From a bacterium (GTDB taxonomy: Bacteria; SAR324; NAC60-12), in assembly GCA_965205865.1 (NCBI GenBank), contig CBDBHR010000030.1, positions 1 to 64,000 of the forward strand: DNA of 64,000 nt, in the 5' to 3' direction. How positions within the stretch are numbered: position 1 is the first letter of the stretch; each line of letters begins with the position of its first letter. The notes below the pieces were generated by a model. That model searched no databases. It was not told the DNA's origin and saw nothing but the letters and a program-made list of their open reading frames with translations. The position numbers and the translations under genes are program-made. Below, piece after piece: positions 32,048 through 43,054 of this stretch.

Positions 32048-33117
32048 AGCGCTTGTAGAGATTTTATGACGTTCTCCGCAATTGTGCGGAAAGCTATTCC
32101 GGCAGGCGCATCGCTTTGCCGCGCCATTAAAGGTTCTCCAATATCTCCCCCCCTTCGGATTTCCAATTCGATGGGAATACCTCCCAAAAACGGGACATCC
32201 AATCTCTCACTTTCCCTTTGAGCGCCATGAGAACTGAAAATGGGGGTTTCTTTCCGGCAATGGGGACAGAGGAAAAAACTCATGTTCTCCACAATTCCCA
32301 AAATGTCGATATCGACTTTGCTGAACATGGTGACGGCTTTTGCCGCATCGAGCAATGCCACGTCCTGAGGAGTGGAAACCACCACCGCGCCCGATATTTC
32401 CACGGTCTGTGAAAGCGTCAGTTGCGTGTCCCCGGTCCCGGGGGGCAAATCCAGCACTATGTAATCACCGCCCGGCCATCGGGTGTCGCGCAGCATTTGT
32501 TCGATCGCCTGGTGCACCATCGGCCCTCTCCAAATCATGGAAACCGATTCGTCAACCAAGTTGCCAATGGAAAGCGCGCTGATGCCATATTTTTGCAGGG
32601 GAATCAACTGGTTCCCCTCGATATCGGGTTTCCTGTTCCTCAAGCCCATCATGATAGGCAGGCTGGGTCCGTAAATATCGGCGTCAAAGAGAGAAACCCG
32701 ATTTCCCATCTGTGCCAGAGTGAGGGCTAAATTTACGGCAACCGTGGATTTTCCCACTCCCCCTTTTCCGCTGGCAACGGCAATCACATTGTCATAATTC
32801 TGTAAGTAGGCGGTGCGTTGGGGTTGTTGGGCGGGGGGGGTTCGCTCCTGTTTCGGAGCTTCCTCGTCCGCAGGAGACTCTGCCAGAATTTCCACGGCAA
32901 CTCGACTGATTTGAGGGATTTCTTTCAGCCTGCCTTCTATTTGCGCGGGAAGGATTTGACGCAAAGCCGAACCTTCTTCCAGAATAATGGTGACTTTGGC
33001 AAAATCGTGATTGACGACACATCCATGCACGATGTTGGCTTCCAGCAAGTTCCTTCCTGAATCGCCATACTGAATTTCGGCAAAAGTCGATGCGAACTGT
33101 TGTTGCAGATCATCCAT
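32044..33117 (-). CDS. apbC: Mrp/NBP35 (ApbC) Fe-S cluster carrier ATPase
   Basis: SGKGGVGKST, DADIYGPS, WRGPM, DLPPGTGD, ENMS..CPHC. Confidence 0.93.
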   Translation of the reverse strand: MDDLQQQFASTFAEIQYGDSGRNLLEANIVHGCVVNHDFAKVTIILEEGSALRQILPAQIEGRLKEIPQISRVAVEILAESPADEEAPKQERTPPAQQPQRTAYLQNYDNVIAVASGKGGVGKSTVAVNLALTLAQMGNRVSLFDADIYGPSLPIMMGLRNRKPDIEGNQLIPLQKYGISALSIGNLVDESVSMIWRGPMVHQAIEQMLRDTRWPGGDYIVLDLPPGTGDTQLTLSQTVEISGAVVVSTPQDVALLDAAKAVTMFSKVDIDILGIVENMSFFLCPHCRKETPIFSSHGAQRESERLDVPFLGGIPIELEIRRGGDIGEPLMARQSDAPAGIAFRTIAENVIKSLQAL

Positions 33118-33138
33118 TTTGATCCTCTCAGGATATTG

Positions 33139-33197
33139 TTTGATCGATCGGGCGGCAACCCTGCCACGATATTGTTTGATCGTTGGGGTGGAAACCC
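33139..33197. repeat. Two direct copies of the TTTGATCG-x-CGGG/GGGG..AACCC motif (family F)
   Basis: 33139-33161 and 33175-33197; related copies at 25717-25739 (rc) and 26864-26886. Confidence 0.7.
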
Positions 33198-33417
33198 TTG
33201 CTTTTCAGCGAACGATGGCACTCGAAAATATCAAACTATCATCAAATCCTTGGGGCATCAAGCCAATCTTACCAAGCAAAGTACCGCATACTTGTCCGCA
33301 ATCCTTGACTGGCGCGTGAACGAATCGGCTCACCAAGTAAATCGTTGCGGAACTTCCGGAAAAAGCTGGCCCAATGGTCGGGGCGCCGGCGCCTGTTTGG
33401 TCTCCGGGAAAAACGGG

Positions 33418-33939
33418 TTATAGTGGATGTTGCAGAGGAAGGGTCAGTCGCCAGAGCAGATATTTTCTGAGAAGGGCCGAGCATATCAATTGTTGAACCT
33501 GAAAGTTTGAATTGAGGGTTTCGATCACTTCATCGATGTTGTGATACTGCAGGTAATGACGCAGGATGTTCAGGTAGAGGCGATTGGATCGTCTTTCATT
33601 GGGCGCCTCTTTGAATTCCTGATTATTTTCCACGTCATGGATGCGTTGCGCAATGTGGAAAACCAGCACCGGTTTTTCTTCCACTTTGCGGCGAAAGCGG
33701 GCAAACAATTCGTCACTGAATAATTCCACCAGAATTATCGTCAGTTCTTTTTCAAAATCTAGATCGTCTATCCGATAATATTGGCTGATTCGATGGACCA
33801 GATGATCCAACATCCGCCCCTGCACCATGTTGGTCAGGAATTGCACGATAGAACAATCCTGAGATGCTTCGCCAAAGGGACGATTCAATTTTTCCAGACA
33901 AGTGCCCATGGCTCTCGTGTAGGGGTTCAACTCTGTCAT
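33418..33939 (-). CDS. Hypothetical protein
   Basis: 173-aa ORF in core synteny with plausible composition. Confidence 0.65.
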   Translation of the reverse strand: MTELNPYTRAMGTCLEKLNRPFGEASQDCSIVQFLTNMVQGRMLDHLVHRISQYYRIDDLDFEKELTIILVELFSDELFARFRRKVEEKPVLVFHIAQRIHDVENNQEFKEAPNERRSNRLYLNILRHYLQYHNIDEVIETLNSNFQVQQLICSALLRKYLLWRLTLPLQHPL

Positions 33940-34147
33940 TGCTTCCTGGATTCGACTGAATTGGATAACTGAAAATAGGGCGCATTTTGATTAAATATCT
34001 ATTTGGACAGTATGAAATGCGTGAAGATTCTTTCAAGGAGACTTTTCTTTGCCTACAGTCCCATACAACCCTACAGGCTATAAACTTTACGGGGGAATAT
34101 TCAAGCTGTTCTTATTGACGCGCCGTAAAAAAGTAAAAACGTTTCCT

Positions 34148-35077
34148 TTATGGTCCCAGGTGAGTCCCAAGCAAGTGCGGAGATCCTCTTAGAAATTCTT
34201 CCGCCTTCATCTCTTTTTTACCCTCGGGTTTGAGAGTCAGCACCCGCACTGCGTCTTGTGCCGTTCCCACTACAAATCCTGGTTTCACAAGGCCAGCGGG
34301 GAGGGAGGCGCCGGCGACGATTTCCAATTGGCTGATTTGCAATCTGCGACCCTCCGCGTCGAAAGTAAAAAGGCCAGGCCATGTTGTGAATGCGCGCAAT
34401 TTACGTTCCAACTCGATCGCCGTTTCGCAGCCCCAATGCGCGCACCCTTCTTCTTTTTTGATGGTCCTGCAAAAAGTGGCGGTAGCTTCATCCTGCTCCC
34501 GCATGGTATGAGTTTGATCAAAGAGATCGGACAAAGCGTCCCCCAGCAATTTTGCGGAAAGCAGACTCAGCCTGTTGGCCAAAGAGACGTATGTGTCCAT
34601 GGCGAGAATCCTTTCTTTGCGGGATACGGCAATAACGGGTCCCGCATCCAGTTTCAAGACCACTTTTTGCAAGGTAACTCCTGTCTCTTGATCTCCTGCC
34701 CGAATGGCGGCTTGTACGGGGCTCGCTCCTCGCCAGCGGGGAAGAAAAGAAAAATGAAGATTGAAACAGCCCTTGGTTGGAATGTCCAACAAAGCTTGTG
34801 GTAAAATTTGTCCGTAGGCGCAAACAATGATCAAATCCGGCGCCATTCGCTTCAATTCATCGAGAACCTCCGGATTTTTTATGGCCTCCGGGGTCTTCAG
34901 GGGAATGCCTGCCTGCAGGGTATGGACTTTTACGGGAGAGGGGGTGAGCTTTTTACGGCGCCCTCCCGGACGGTCCGGTTGGCTGTAAATGCTCCGCAGG
35001 GAACAGTCCGGAAAATCGATCAGGGTCTGAAGCGCGGGAATCGCCTCTTGTGGGGTTCCCATGAAAACCACGTTCAT
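34148..35077 (-). CDS. fmt: Methionyl-tRNA formyltransferase
   Basis: VFMGTP, SQPDRP, AYGQILP, NLHFSFLPRWRGASP, LDAG. Confidence 0.95.
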   Translation of the reverse strand: MNVVFMGTPQEAIPALQTLIDFPDCSLRSIYSQPDRPGGRRKKLTPSPVKVHTLQAGIPLKTPEAIKNPEVLDELKRMAPDLIIVCAYGQILPQALLDIPTKGCFNLHFSFLPRWRGASPVQAAIRAGDQETGVTLQKVVLKLDAGPVIAVSRKERILAMDTYVSLANRLSLLSAKLLGDALSDLFDQTHTMREQDEATATFCRTIKKEEGCAHWGCETAIELERKLRAFTTWPGLFTFDAEGRRLQISQLEIVAGASLPAGLVKPGFVVGTAQDAVRVLTLKPEGKKEMKAEEFLRGSPHLLGTHLGP

Positions 35078-35228
35078 TTCATAACCTTTTTTCGCATTAT
35101 TGTTTTCAGTCCCAGCTTATGATATATTTCACTCTTTTAGCAACATTTATTCAGGGGCTCGAGCCGGAGGAAGACGTTCCTGCCGGGCCTCGTGAAAACA
35201 GGTTTATATTGCTCATATCCGGGAACTC

Positions 35229-36593
35229 ATGACCACCGCCAAACCATCAATCCCTTCATCGAGGAAAGTCAACGTTCAGACCTTTGGCTGTCAGATGAAT
35301 GAATACGACACCGATAAGATGCTGGAAGTCCTGCAGCGGGAAAATTACGTTTACACGGACAATCACAAGGAGGCGGACTTGATCATCTTGAATACCTGCT
35401 CGGTGCGTGAAAAAGCGGAACAGAAAGTCTACAGCCTGCTGGGAAGACTTCAGCCCTTGAAAAAGAAGAATCCGCAATTGATCATAGCAGTGGGGGGATG
35501 CGTGGCTCAACAGGAAGGGGAAAAAATTCTGCAACGGGCCCGCAACGTGGACATGGTCTTTGGAACCGACAACCTCTTCGATCTGCCGGAGTTGCTGCAA
35601 GCAGTGCGGCAGGGACAACGGATAGCGCAAACCGAGCGTAAAGCCTATAAACAAAAAGTTCGAAATTTTATCCCGGATTTTACTTTCCAAAATGTCTCGC
35701 ACCCTGCAGTGAAAGCGTATATTGCCATTACCAAAGGCTGCAATAATTTCTGCAGTTTTTGTATTGTTCCCCTCACTCGAGGTTTGGAAGTGAGCCGGAA
35801 ACCGGAGAATATTTTCCGGGAAGCCGCTCATTTGGTGAGTCGGGGAACGAAAGAAATTTGCCTGCTGGGACAGAACGTCAACTCCTACAAAGCAGAAGGG
35901 TCAGCAGGCGAAGTGGTGGATTTTGTGGAACTGCTTCGTCGCTTGAATGACGTTGCAGGTTTGGAACGCATTCGTTTCACCTCCCCGCATCCCAAGGATT
36001 TCAACGCCTCCCTGGCAGTGGCCTTACGCGACCTGGATGCAGTCTGCGAGCAACTTCACTTGCCCTTGCAGGCCGGTTCGGACCATATTCTCCGGCGCAT
36101 GAATAGGCGTTATACCCTCGATGATTATATGGAAAAAGTGCGGCTCTTGCGCAGTCACCTGCCACAGGCTACCCTTTCCACCGACTTGATTGCCGGATTT
36201 CCAGGAGAATCAGAAGCCGATTTTGAAAAAACGATGCAAGCCCTGGAAGCCATTCGCTTTGACCAGATCTATGCTTTCAAATATTCCCCACGACCTGGCA
36301 CGCCTGCCGCCGCTTACGCGGACCAACTCGAAGAAACGGTCAAGAATGAACGCCTGGGACGTCTCTTGAAAGCTCAAGAGTCCATTCTGGCGGAAAAACA
36401 CGCAGAGATGATGGGTCGGGAATTGGAAGTGTTGGTGGAAGGCGTTTATCCCAGAGAACCCCGTTCACGTTCAGGTCGTTCCCGAGGCCATCATCCGGTA
36501 GTGATTGCGGAAAGCGAAGCGCAAGTTGGCGATTTGCTGACGGTCCGGGTCACGGGCGCTAAAAAATATTCTCTTGAAGCGGAAGTTTGCTGA
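35229..36593 (+). CDS. miaB: tRNA-2-methylthio-N6-dimethylallyladenosine synthase
   Basis: TFGCQMNEYD, NTCSVREKAE, GCNNFCSFC, LLGQNVNSY, FKYSPRPGT, TRAM domain. Confidence 0.96.
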   Translation: MTTAKPSIPSSRKVNVQTFGCQMNEYDTDKMLEVLQRENYVYTDNHKEADLIILNTCSVREKAEQKVYSLLGRLQPLKKKNPQLIIAVGGCVAQQEGEKILQRARNVDMVFGTDNLFDLPELLQAVRQGQRIAQTERKAYKQKVRNFIPDFTFQNVSHPAVKAYIAITKGCNNFCSFCIVPLTRGLEVSRKPENIFREAAHLVSRGTKEICLLGQNVNSYKAEGSAGEVVDFVELLRRLNDVAGLERIRFTSPHPKDFNASLAVALRDLDAVCEQLHLPLQAGSDHILRRMNRRYTLDDYMEKVRLLRSHLPQATLSTDLIAGFPGESEADFEKTMQALEAIRFDQIYAFKYSPRPGTPAAAYADQLEETVKNERLGRLLKAQESILAEKHAEMMGRELEVLVEGVYPREPRSRSGRSRGHHPVVIAESEAQVGDLLTVRVTGAKKYSLEAEVC

Positions 36594-36609
36594 AGATGGC
36601 TTGCCCTTC

Positions 36610-37548
36610 TTACCAGCTTTTATCGTTGGCAGGCGGAATCTGTTTTTGACGGTTGAGAAGACGTTGAATGAATTGGCGACGGTCTTCTGAAATCGAGTTG
36701 AGCAGTTGTTCCGCCTGCTGACGGGTCAAAGCGGCCCGCATGGCGTCTTGTTCCTCCTCCTCACCGTTGCCTTGCGCAGTTGCGAGTGATTGCTCTTCCG
36801 GGGAATCATCGCTGTCCGGGTGTTGGTCTTTTTGCGGATTTGATTCTTGCCGGGAAACCTCCTGCGTATTTTGATTTGAATTCTCTTCCTCCGCTGACGT
36901 TTCCGTCGGAGGACGGTCCGGGTCGGATTCGAGTTGCTGTTCTGAAGCGCCGGGAGATTGTTGAGAATCAGTTTGTTCGTGGTTATCGTCGGAGTTGCCT
37001 CGAGGTTGTTGTTGCCGTTGCTGCTCTTGCTGTTGTTGCTGCTGAGCAAGCAATTGGATCAACGCCAGGTTGTGTTGGGTATCGGCATCTTGCGGTTCCA
37101 GACGCAGGGTTTCCTTGTACTGGGCAATAGCGTTTTCAAATTGGCGCTGACAGGCATAGACGTTTCCCAACTGGTGATAAATACGGGCCACCCTCTCTTT
37201 TTTCCGTTCAAAACTCAATGCTTGAAATAATGATTTTTCAGCCTCCTCCCATTGCTGCAAACGAGCAAACAAAATGCCCAGCTTGTACTCTACTTCCGCG
37301 TTGCGGGGAGACTCGTTTCTTGCTTGCAAATACTCTTCGAGGCGTTCTTGGTAGAGTTTCGCTCCGGAGGATTGCCGCTCCGGAGGGACGCAAGTCCGCA
37401 AAGGATCCTCTGCCGCCGCTTGATCGGAAACTGAAAGATTCGGAGCGCCTGGAGAGGGGGCTTGGGAATGGGATTGGGCCCTGGCAGTCGTAGAAAAGAG
37501 AAAAAAAAGGACAACCCCTCCAATTAACCATCTAGACCAACGCTTCAT
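36610..37548 (-). CDS. Exported TPR protein with Gln/acidic low-complexity tail (BatC-like)
   Basis: Signal peptide, TPR motifs (YHQLGNVY, AIAQYKETLRLEP), poly-Q, ends QAEQLL..DKSW. Confidence 0.75.
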   Translation of the reverse strand: MKRWSRWLIGGVVLFFLFSTTARAQSHSQAPSPGAPNLSVSDQAAAEDPLRTCVPPERQSSGAKLYQERLEEYLQARNESPRNAEVEYKLGILFARLQQWEEAEKSLFQALSFERKKERVARIYHQLGNVYACQRQFENAIAQYKETLRLEPQDADTQHNLALIQLLAQQQQQQEQQRQQQPRGNSDDNHEQTDSQQSPGASEQQLESDPDRPPTETSAEEENSNQNTQEVSRQESNPQKDQHPDSDDSPEEQSLATAQGNGEEEEQDAMRAALTRQQAEQLLNSISEDRRQFIQRLLNRQKQIPPANDKSW

Positions 37549-37586
37549 AACTGATGTTACGTACACGGATTTTGCAGTTATGCGTC

Positions 37587-37684
37587 TCATCGAGTTGTCA
37601 TTCCTGGCGAAGATCAGGAATCCACTTTGCTGGCGATTCAAGTTGTCATTCCTGGCGAAGACCAGGAATGACACGCTTGTGGGG
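37587..37684. repeat. Two GTCATTCCTGG..CCAGGAAT palindromes (family D), minimal version of the 58-60 kb array
   Basis: Same core and same linkers (CATCGAGTT, GCTGGCGATTCA, GACACGCTTGTGGGGA). Confidence 0.85.
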
Positions 37685-37767
37685 AAGCGTATTCATGGAA
37701 ACCGCTGAATGCAAAAAATATACGCGTAACATGACTTCATAACTCAATACGGAGAAAAAAACTTTTT

Positions 37768-38607
37768 TCAGGCAATTAAGCTGTAGCTACCCAATACCTT
37801 GCACTTGAAACGAGAGTCTTGCAGCACCTCCAGACACTGGTAGGAGTATTGATTGTTGGTAAAGTCGACATAGAATTCGTAAAACCATGGCGTTTCTTTC
37901 GACGGCCTTGATTCCAACCGGCAGAGATTGATTTTAAATATATTGAAGATGCTGAGCAATTCGTACAACAAGCCTGCCCGGTCTTCCTTTAACTCGATGA
38001 ATAAAGATGTTTTTTGCCGGCTGAAGTCGATATTTGATTCGTTATTCCGGCTTTCAACCACCAGAAAGCGGGTTGTATTGCTCTTGTAGTCCTGAATGTC
38101 TTTTTCGAAAAGATATTCCGGATATTTTTCAGCAAACGTCACGGGCACGATGGCGGCAACCAATTGCTTCTTGCGTACGGATTCAAAAAAACGCATCCCG
38201 GAATCAACGTTGCTGTTGCTGAATACCACCTTGGATTGTGGGAAATGTTGGGCCGTAAATTTGCTGGTTTGCTCAATGGTCTGGGGATGGGCGTAGTGAG
38301 TACTGATCCCATCCAAGGGTCCATGAGCCAAAAGAGAATAGCGAACTGGTAGTTTGATTTCGGCGACAACGTTCAAGTTGTCACTGACCAATATATCTTG
38401 CACCTGAGCCACCATGCCGGCTACGGAATTTTCAATGGGAACTACGGCAACGGCTCCGGGTACTTTGGAAAGCATGAACAGCGCTTCCGCGAAAGTATGC
38501 GTGTAAGTTATCACGGAAGACGCGGAACAAATCTTTTGCGCCGCGTCGTCACTGAAAGTACCCGCAGGACCCAGCGTCAATATGGAAGGAAAATTGAATT
38601 CGGGCAT
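37768..38607 (-). CDS. pheA: Prephenate dehydratase (PDT plus ACT)
   Basis: LGPAGTFS, VPIENS, NTTRF, INLCRLESRP, FYVD. Confidence 0.92.
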   Translation of the reverse strand: MPEFNFPSILTLGPAGTFSDDAAQKICSASSVITYTHTFAEALFMLSKVPGAVAVVPIENSVAGMVAQVQDILVSDNLNVVAEIKLPVRYSLLAHGPLDGISTHYAHPQTIEQTSKFTAQHFPQSKVVFSNSNVDSGMRFFESVRKKQLVAAIVPVTFAEKYPEYLFEKDIQDYKSNTTRFLVVESRNNESNIDFSRQKTSLFIELKEDRAGLLYELLSIFNIFKINLCRLESRPSKETPWFYEFYVDFTNNQYSYQCLEVLQDSRFKCKVLGSYSLIA

Positions 38608-38646
38608 GTCCGCAATCTTGGAGACGCAAACCGTTTCAAGGAAACC

Positions 38647-38838
38647 TCAAGTCGCGACCAGAGTTTTTCCCGAACGAATGCACTGGGTGCAGACGCGCAT
38701 CTTTTTACGACCGCCTCCCCTGGACATCCGGATGGTTTGCAAATTGGGCAACCAGCGCCGCCTTGTCTTATTGTGAGCATGACTGACGTTGTTGCCCACC
38801 ATTGGCTTTTTACCACAAATTTCACACTTCATCGACAT
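38647..38838 (-). CDS. rpmB: 50S ribosomal protein L28
   Basis: [42 protein letters not shown]. Confidence 0.96.
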   Translation of the reverse strand: MSMKCEICGKKPMVGNNVSHAHNKTRRRWLPNLQTIRMSRGGGRKKMRVCTQCIRSGKTLVAT

Positions 38839-39290
38839 GCCGGCCTCCCTTGGAGGATGATCAGAACGTTGTACATTTCAAGCTTGGGAATAAGCGCATA
38901 CAGGAATAATAAAAATTAAACGTCCTTTATAGCAGTAAAAATCGCGGAGGCCAATTCATTTTTTCAACGGCGTTGACTATTTGCCGGCTCCTGATTGTTG
39001 GCGAAGGTCAAGGAAGATACGATCTGCTCTTGGCGCCTTTGTGTTCTTTTTGCCAAAAAAAAAGGGATGCTGAGAACCATTTTCAGCGAATATTTTATTT
39101 GTCCGCAACTATTCAGGTCTCTTCAGAGACCCCTTCGATTTTGGCACGGATTTTCCATTTAAATATCGTGGGAAAACGTGAAAAAGATGGATCCTCCCCG
39201 GGAATCTTTTTTCAACGTTATTTAATCAATCGGGTTCTTAAGAGACCTGAATAGTTACAATATGTCTTCGGATTTTATGATTTCCTCGTA

Positions 39291-39701
39291 TTGAAAGTCG
39301 TTCGCGACATCCAATTACAACCTTATCTTGGACTGGGGGCGGGTTATACCAATTACAGACTGAAGGACTTCGTTCAACGGTTTCCAGACCCCGATGCTCA
39401 TAAATCTTTGCGCCGGGGTCCCAATGGAGAAATCCCCTATACCGGTCTGCCCCAGGGAAGTGGACAGGAGTTTACATACATGTTTAGCACTGGCATGCTC
39501 ATACCGGTTACGGATCGTATGAAACTCGACTTGAGCTATCGTTATACGGATGCGGGAGAGATAAGAACCGACATTGGTGACATCACCATTGTACGATACG
39601 GGGAGGATGGCAGCCGCAGGGAAATCCCGGTTAAGATCGACGAAACTGTGGCTGACTTCAAAACCCACGCCTTGCTGGTGACACTCAGGTACGATTTCTA
39701 G
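39291..39701 (+). pseudogene. Outer-membrane beta-barrel (porin/Opa-like) C-terminal fragment
   Basis: PYLGLGAG, LDLSYRY, terminal LRYDF; no N-terminus; paralogous to 62057-62592. Confidence 0.75.
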
Positions 39702-39793
39702 TATTTTATAGTCGAGACTGATAAAATTCAGGCTCATGATTATGGGGAACCGTTTTGCCCCCAGTGAGAATTGAACCCACGTGGCGCCAGCGT

Positions 39794-40128
39794 TTACTGG
39801 CAAGCGGAGGAAAGGCAATTCTCGCTGTAGCGCTCTCCGGCTAAGTGTGTCACTTCCTCTTGCAGTATTTCCTCGACTGCCATCAGTCCTCGAGGAATCA
39901 ACTGTTGAATCAACGTTAAGCGGGTGGAAAACTCAAAATCGCCCTGCGCTGATTCTTTATACGCCTCCACGCGATCTTTCGCATTGCTTCTTTCTCGGGT
40001 TTTGCTTACCTTTTTTTTCATACGACCTCCGTTCGTTGGGTTGGGTTCGGTTTTGTGGGGTAAATAAAACCACAACATAACGAATGGAAGGTCATCTTTC
40101 GATTTTCAACTAATTTCAGGACATTTCC
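39794..40128 (-). mobile_element. IS256-family 5' remnant
   Basis: LIPRGLMAVEEILQEEVTHLAGERYS; IR-like end GGAAATGTCCTGAAATTAGTTG. Confidence 0.65.
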
Positions 40129-40145
40129 TGAAGGAGACATTATGA

Positions 40146-41897
40146 CCCAAATTGAGCGATTCTAAAAAAGGATCAGATTTTCAAGATGATTTTTTTGCCT
40201 GAGAAAGGCAATCATTCTGAAATCAGATTTTGATCATCAAATCCATGGATGTTTGAGTGAGAATGAGCATCAAAATGCTGTTTTCAGATGTGGAAGGTCT
40301 TCATTTCTCATGTTTTGGACGCACTTATCCCCTTAAACTTTAATGTTTTTGTTTTTTAATTGAAGCGAAACCCGTTGATCAGATTGGCGCCAATGCGTGC
40401 TGGCAGGTGGCAAATAGTTGGTCCAATTGCAAGCGCTCAAAGGTCTTTTTTGGTATTTTCAAGATCAGTTTTCCGGCATGACGAACCAGTTTGCCTGCCG
40501 TATCAAGAAACTGGCGCCGGAAGGTATCAGCATACATCGTTACCGCAATCACTGGCTTGCTGACATCTTCTTTGAAGGATTCGAAGAGGTTATTGCCAAG
40601 CAGCATCAGATAGTACCATGCGGTATTGGAAATGAAGTCCTTGAAGGGAAGTTGTTGATGACCAAAGTTTTTCAGCGCCCGGTTGGCCAGTTCATCCTTT
40701 CCCCGTCCGTGGTACGAGCCAAGGATGCTATGAGCATCGATGCGCTTTTCTTCAGCGGCTTGGCTGAGTTGGCCATCAATGGCCTCTCCCATACCAAGGT
40801 TCGTAATGATCACGCCATCATGATCCAAACCCGGCAAAGAGAGTTGGCTATCGTGTTCAATCAAGCGGCTGTAGATCGTGCGACGAGCCTTCTTCCATGT
40901 CCCCTGCTGGCTCTTAAACTCGGTGTACTGCCAGATCTCCTTCTTGCCCGATGAAGTGAAGGTCTGCCAGTCAGTGGCTTCTTCCGCAGCATTCCTCACA
41001 TTGGCATAGGACTTTCCTCCGCTTCAGCTAACCGATGTTCAGTCGTTCACAGGTTTCAAAGATTTTTTCGTCAAAAAAACCGGTGTCCATGCGCACCATG
41101 ATTGGTACATCATCTCGGTATTGGCGGCGAATCCTTTTCACGATATGAACCAGCATATTCTGAACAGTTTTCCCGTGATTCGAATGTTTGCTACCTCCGC
41201 GAAAAACTGCGTCAACCATATAACGACCCCAATTCATCTGCAGGGGATGAAATCCTTTGACCATCTTGTAAGTCGGCTGGACACCATGGCGTTTCAGGGC
41301 ATCATCATTATCAAGTACCATCGAATCCAGACCCAACACAATCACCGTTGGACAAGTCTTCTTCAGTCTCCAGATAAACAGTATCTGCAGCAGATGACGA
41401 AACAGGTAGACTCGTACAAAAGAGAACTTTCCAAAAAATCTTTTCACGGCATGCGAGGAGGCAAGGTCTTGCTCACTGCATGACAGCAAGGCGGCATAAC
41501 CCTCGCCCCTTTTGAGGTGATCGAACCAACTGAGATGACGGCTGCTGCCGTCCATGAAAAAACAGAGGATCTGCGCAAAAAAATCAGAGACAGCAATTCC
41601 TTTTTTATTTTTACGCATCGAACCAAACAACCTTTCGATGATCGGCATCAGCCGAATGCTTTGCAGATACTGGGCAAACAAGGCCAATCCGGCACGACTT
41701 GTCAAGTGTTCATCGGTTGGCTGAATGGCATCAATTATCTGTTTCTTTTTATCCTGAACTGTTATATTTTTTCCCATAAAGCTCTCTACCTGTTGGGTTG
41801 TGTTAGATTTTGTGAATTTTTTTATTTTAACCACTGAAATATAACACATTTTTCCCAAGGTTGGGAGCTTTTTTTATTACGAATCGCTCAACTTAGG
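40146..41897 (-). mobile_element. IS1380-family element copy 2 (1752 bp), split transposase
   Basis: Near-identical to copy 1; flanks TATGA/TTTGA. Confidence 0.92.
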
Positions 41898-41898
41898 T

Positions 41899-42153
41899 TT
41901 GAATAACAATGAAATAATTCAAGAGCAAGTACATCAAAATTATGAGTTTTTTAAAACGCAACTACCTCGATTAATGAAAGAACACGAAGGAGAGTTTGCT
42001 GTTATTCGTAATCAAAAGATCATTCAATATTTCCCCAATTTAGAGGATGCTTATTGGTTCAGTAGAAAAGAATATCCGGATCGGATTTTTTCAATCCAAG
42101 AGGTTAAAGACAGACCAATAAATTTAAGGAATATTGGTCATGTCATATCTTGA
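41899..42153 (+). pseudogene. DUF5678-like small protein; its RBS and ATG (40132-40144) are separated from it by IS1380
   Basis: AGGAGACATTATGA | IS | TTTGAATAACAAT reconstructs MNNNE; LMKEHEGEFAVI..DAY pattern. Confidence 0.6.
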
Positions 42154-42205
42154 GATCCCACTAAAGAACAAACCTTAAATAACCTGTAATTCTTCCAATG
42201 GTGTG

Positions 42206-42457
42206 AGCAAAATTGGGGGACATGTACACTGCCGCGCATCCCAACTCTACTGTTTTATGCCTGCTGTTACGTGTCCCCTAATTTTGAGCAAAATTGGGGG
42301 ACATGTACACTGCTGCGCATCCCAACTCTACTGTTTTATGCCTGCTGTTACGTGTCCCCTAATTTTCAATGGTGTGAGCAAAATTGGGGGACATGTACAC
42401 TGCTGCGCATCCCAACTCTACTGTTTTATGCCTGCTGTTACGTGTCCCCTAATTTTG
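42206..42457. repeat. Three tandem ~81-bp palindrome-ended units (family A)
   Basis: Unit AGCAAAATTGGGGGACATGTAC..GTTACGTGTCCCCTAATTTTG at 42206, 42287 and 42377. Confidence 0.93.
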
Positions 42458-42587
42458 CGTATCCATACTTCTGACTTATTTAAATTTCATTCCTAAATGT
42501 CAGACTGAGACACTACCTCTTTTCTTCAGTTGACTACCTTCCCGGTATGAAGTCCGTACAATTTCGAAGACAATTTAATACTTGATC

Positions 42588-43048
42588 GTGCCAAGGTAAA
42601 TCCGAGGCATTGGAATTGGGAGCAATCCCATGAAATTTGTTAATGTTACCCAATGGGTGCTCACGCGAATATCTCTGAAATTCCCATCAGACCAAAGTTT
42701 AGCCAACGGGTCAGTAGAGAAATCCGCGTGCGTCACAGTAATGTGGGGTATGAAGCCGGATGGAACAAGAGTGTAGGCCGCGTGATTGAGCCCCGAAATA
42801 GAAATTGTTGTGGTTAATGAATAGCTCCAGTGAAGGATCATGTTGGAGGAAAGCCGACGGCGTTCAAGTGTCGGAAGGCAGCAGTCCGAGTGCGCATCTA
42901 AGGGCTAACACGAGGACACCACCGGGGTCGGAGAGCGGGGCATGCGCTCATAGGGGTAGCTCGAACTTGGGAGAACCTGTTGTCTCCCTGCCATCGATTG
43001 CCGGAAGCGGGGGGGGGCTGGCTGGGTAACCACTGGCTCTACCCGGAC
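42588..43048 (+). ncRNA. Internally deleted (ORF-less) group II intron remnant
   Basis: 5' GTGCC; domain I motifs GGCCGCGTGATTGAGCCCCGAAA, GCCGAC..GTCGGAAGGCA, CCGGGGTCGGAGAGCGGGGCATG, GAACTTGGGAGA; DVI-like end GGGTAACC..CTACCCGGAC. No DV and no RT ORF. Confidence 0.8.
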
Positions 43049-43054
43049 CCCTTC

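Noticed and set aside
11256-41897. Composite transposon formed by IS1380 copies 1 and 2
   Set aside because: Outer flanks (TAATT, TTTGA) do not match, the span contains core genes, and copy 2 flanks rejoin into one gene.
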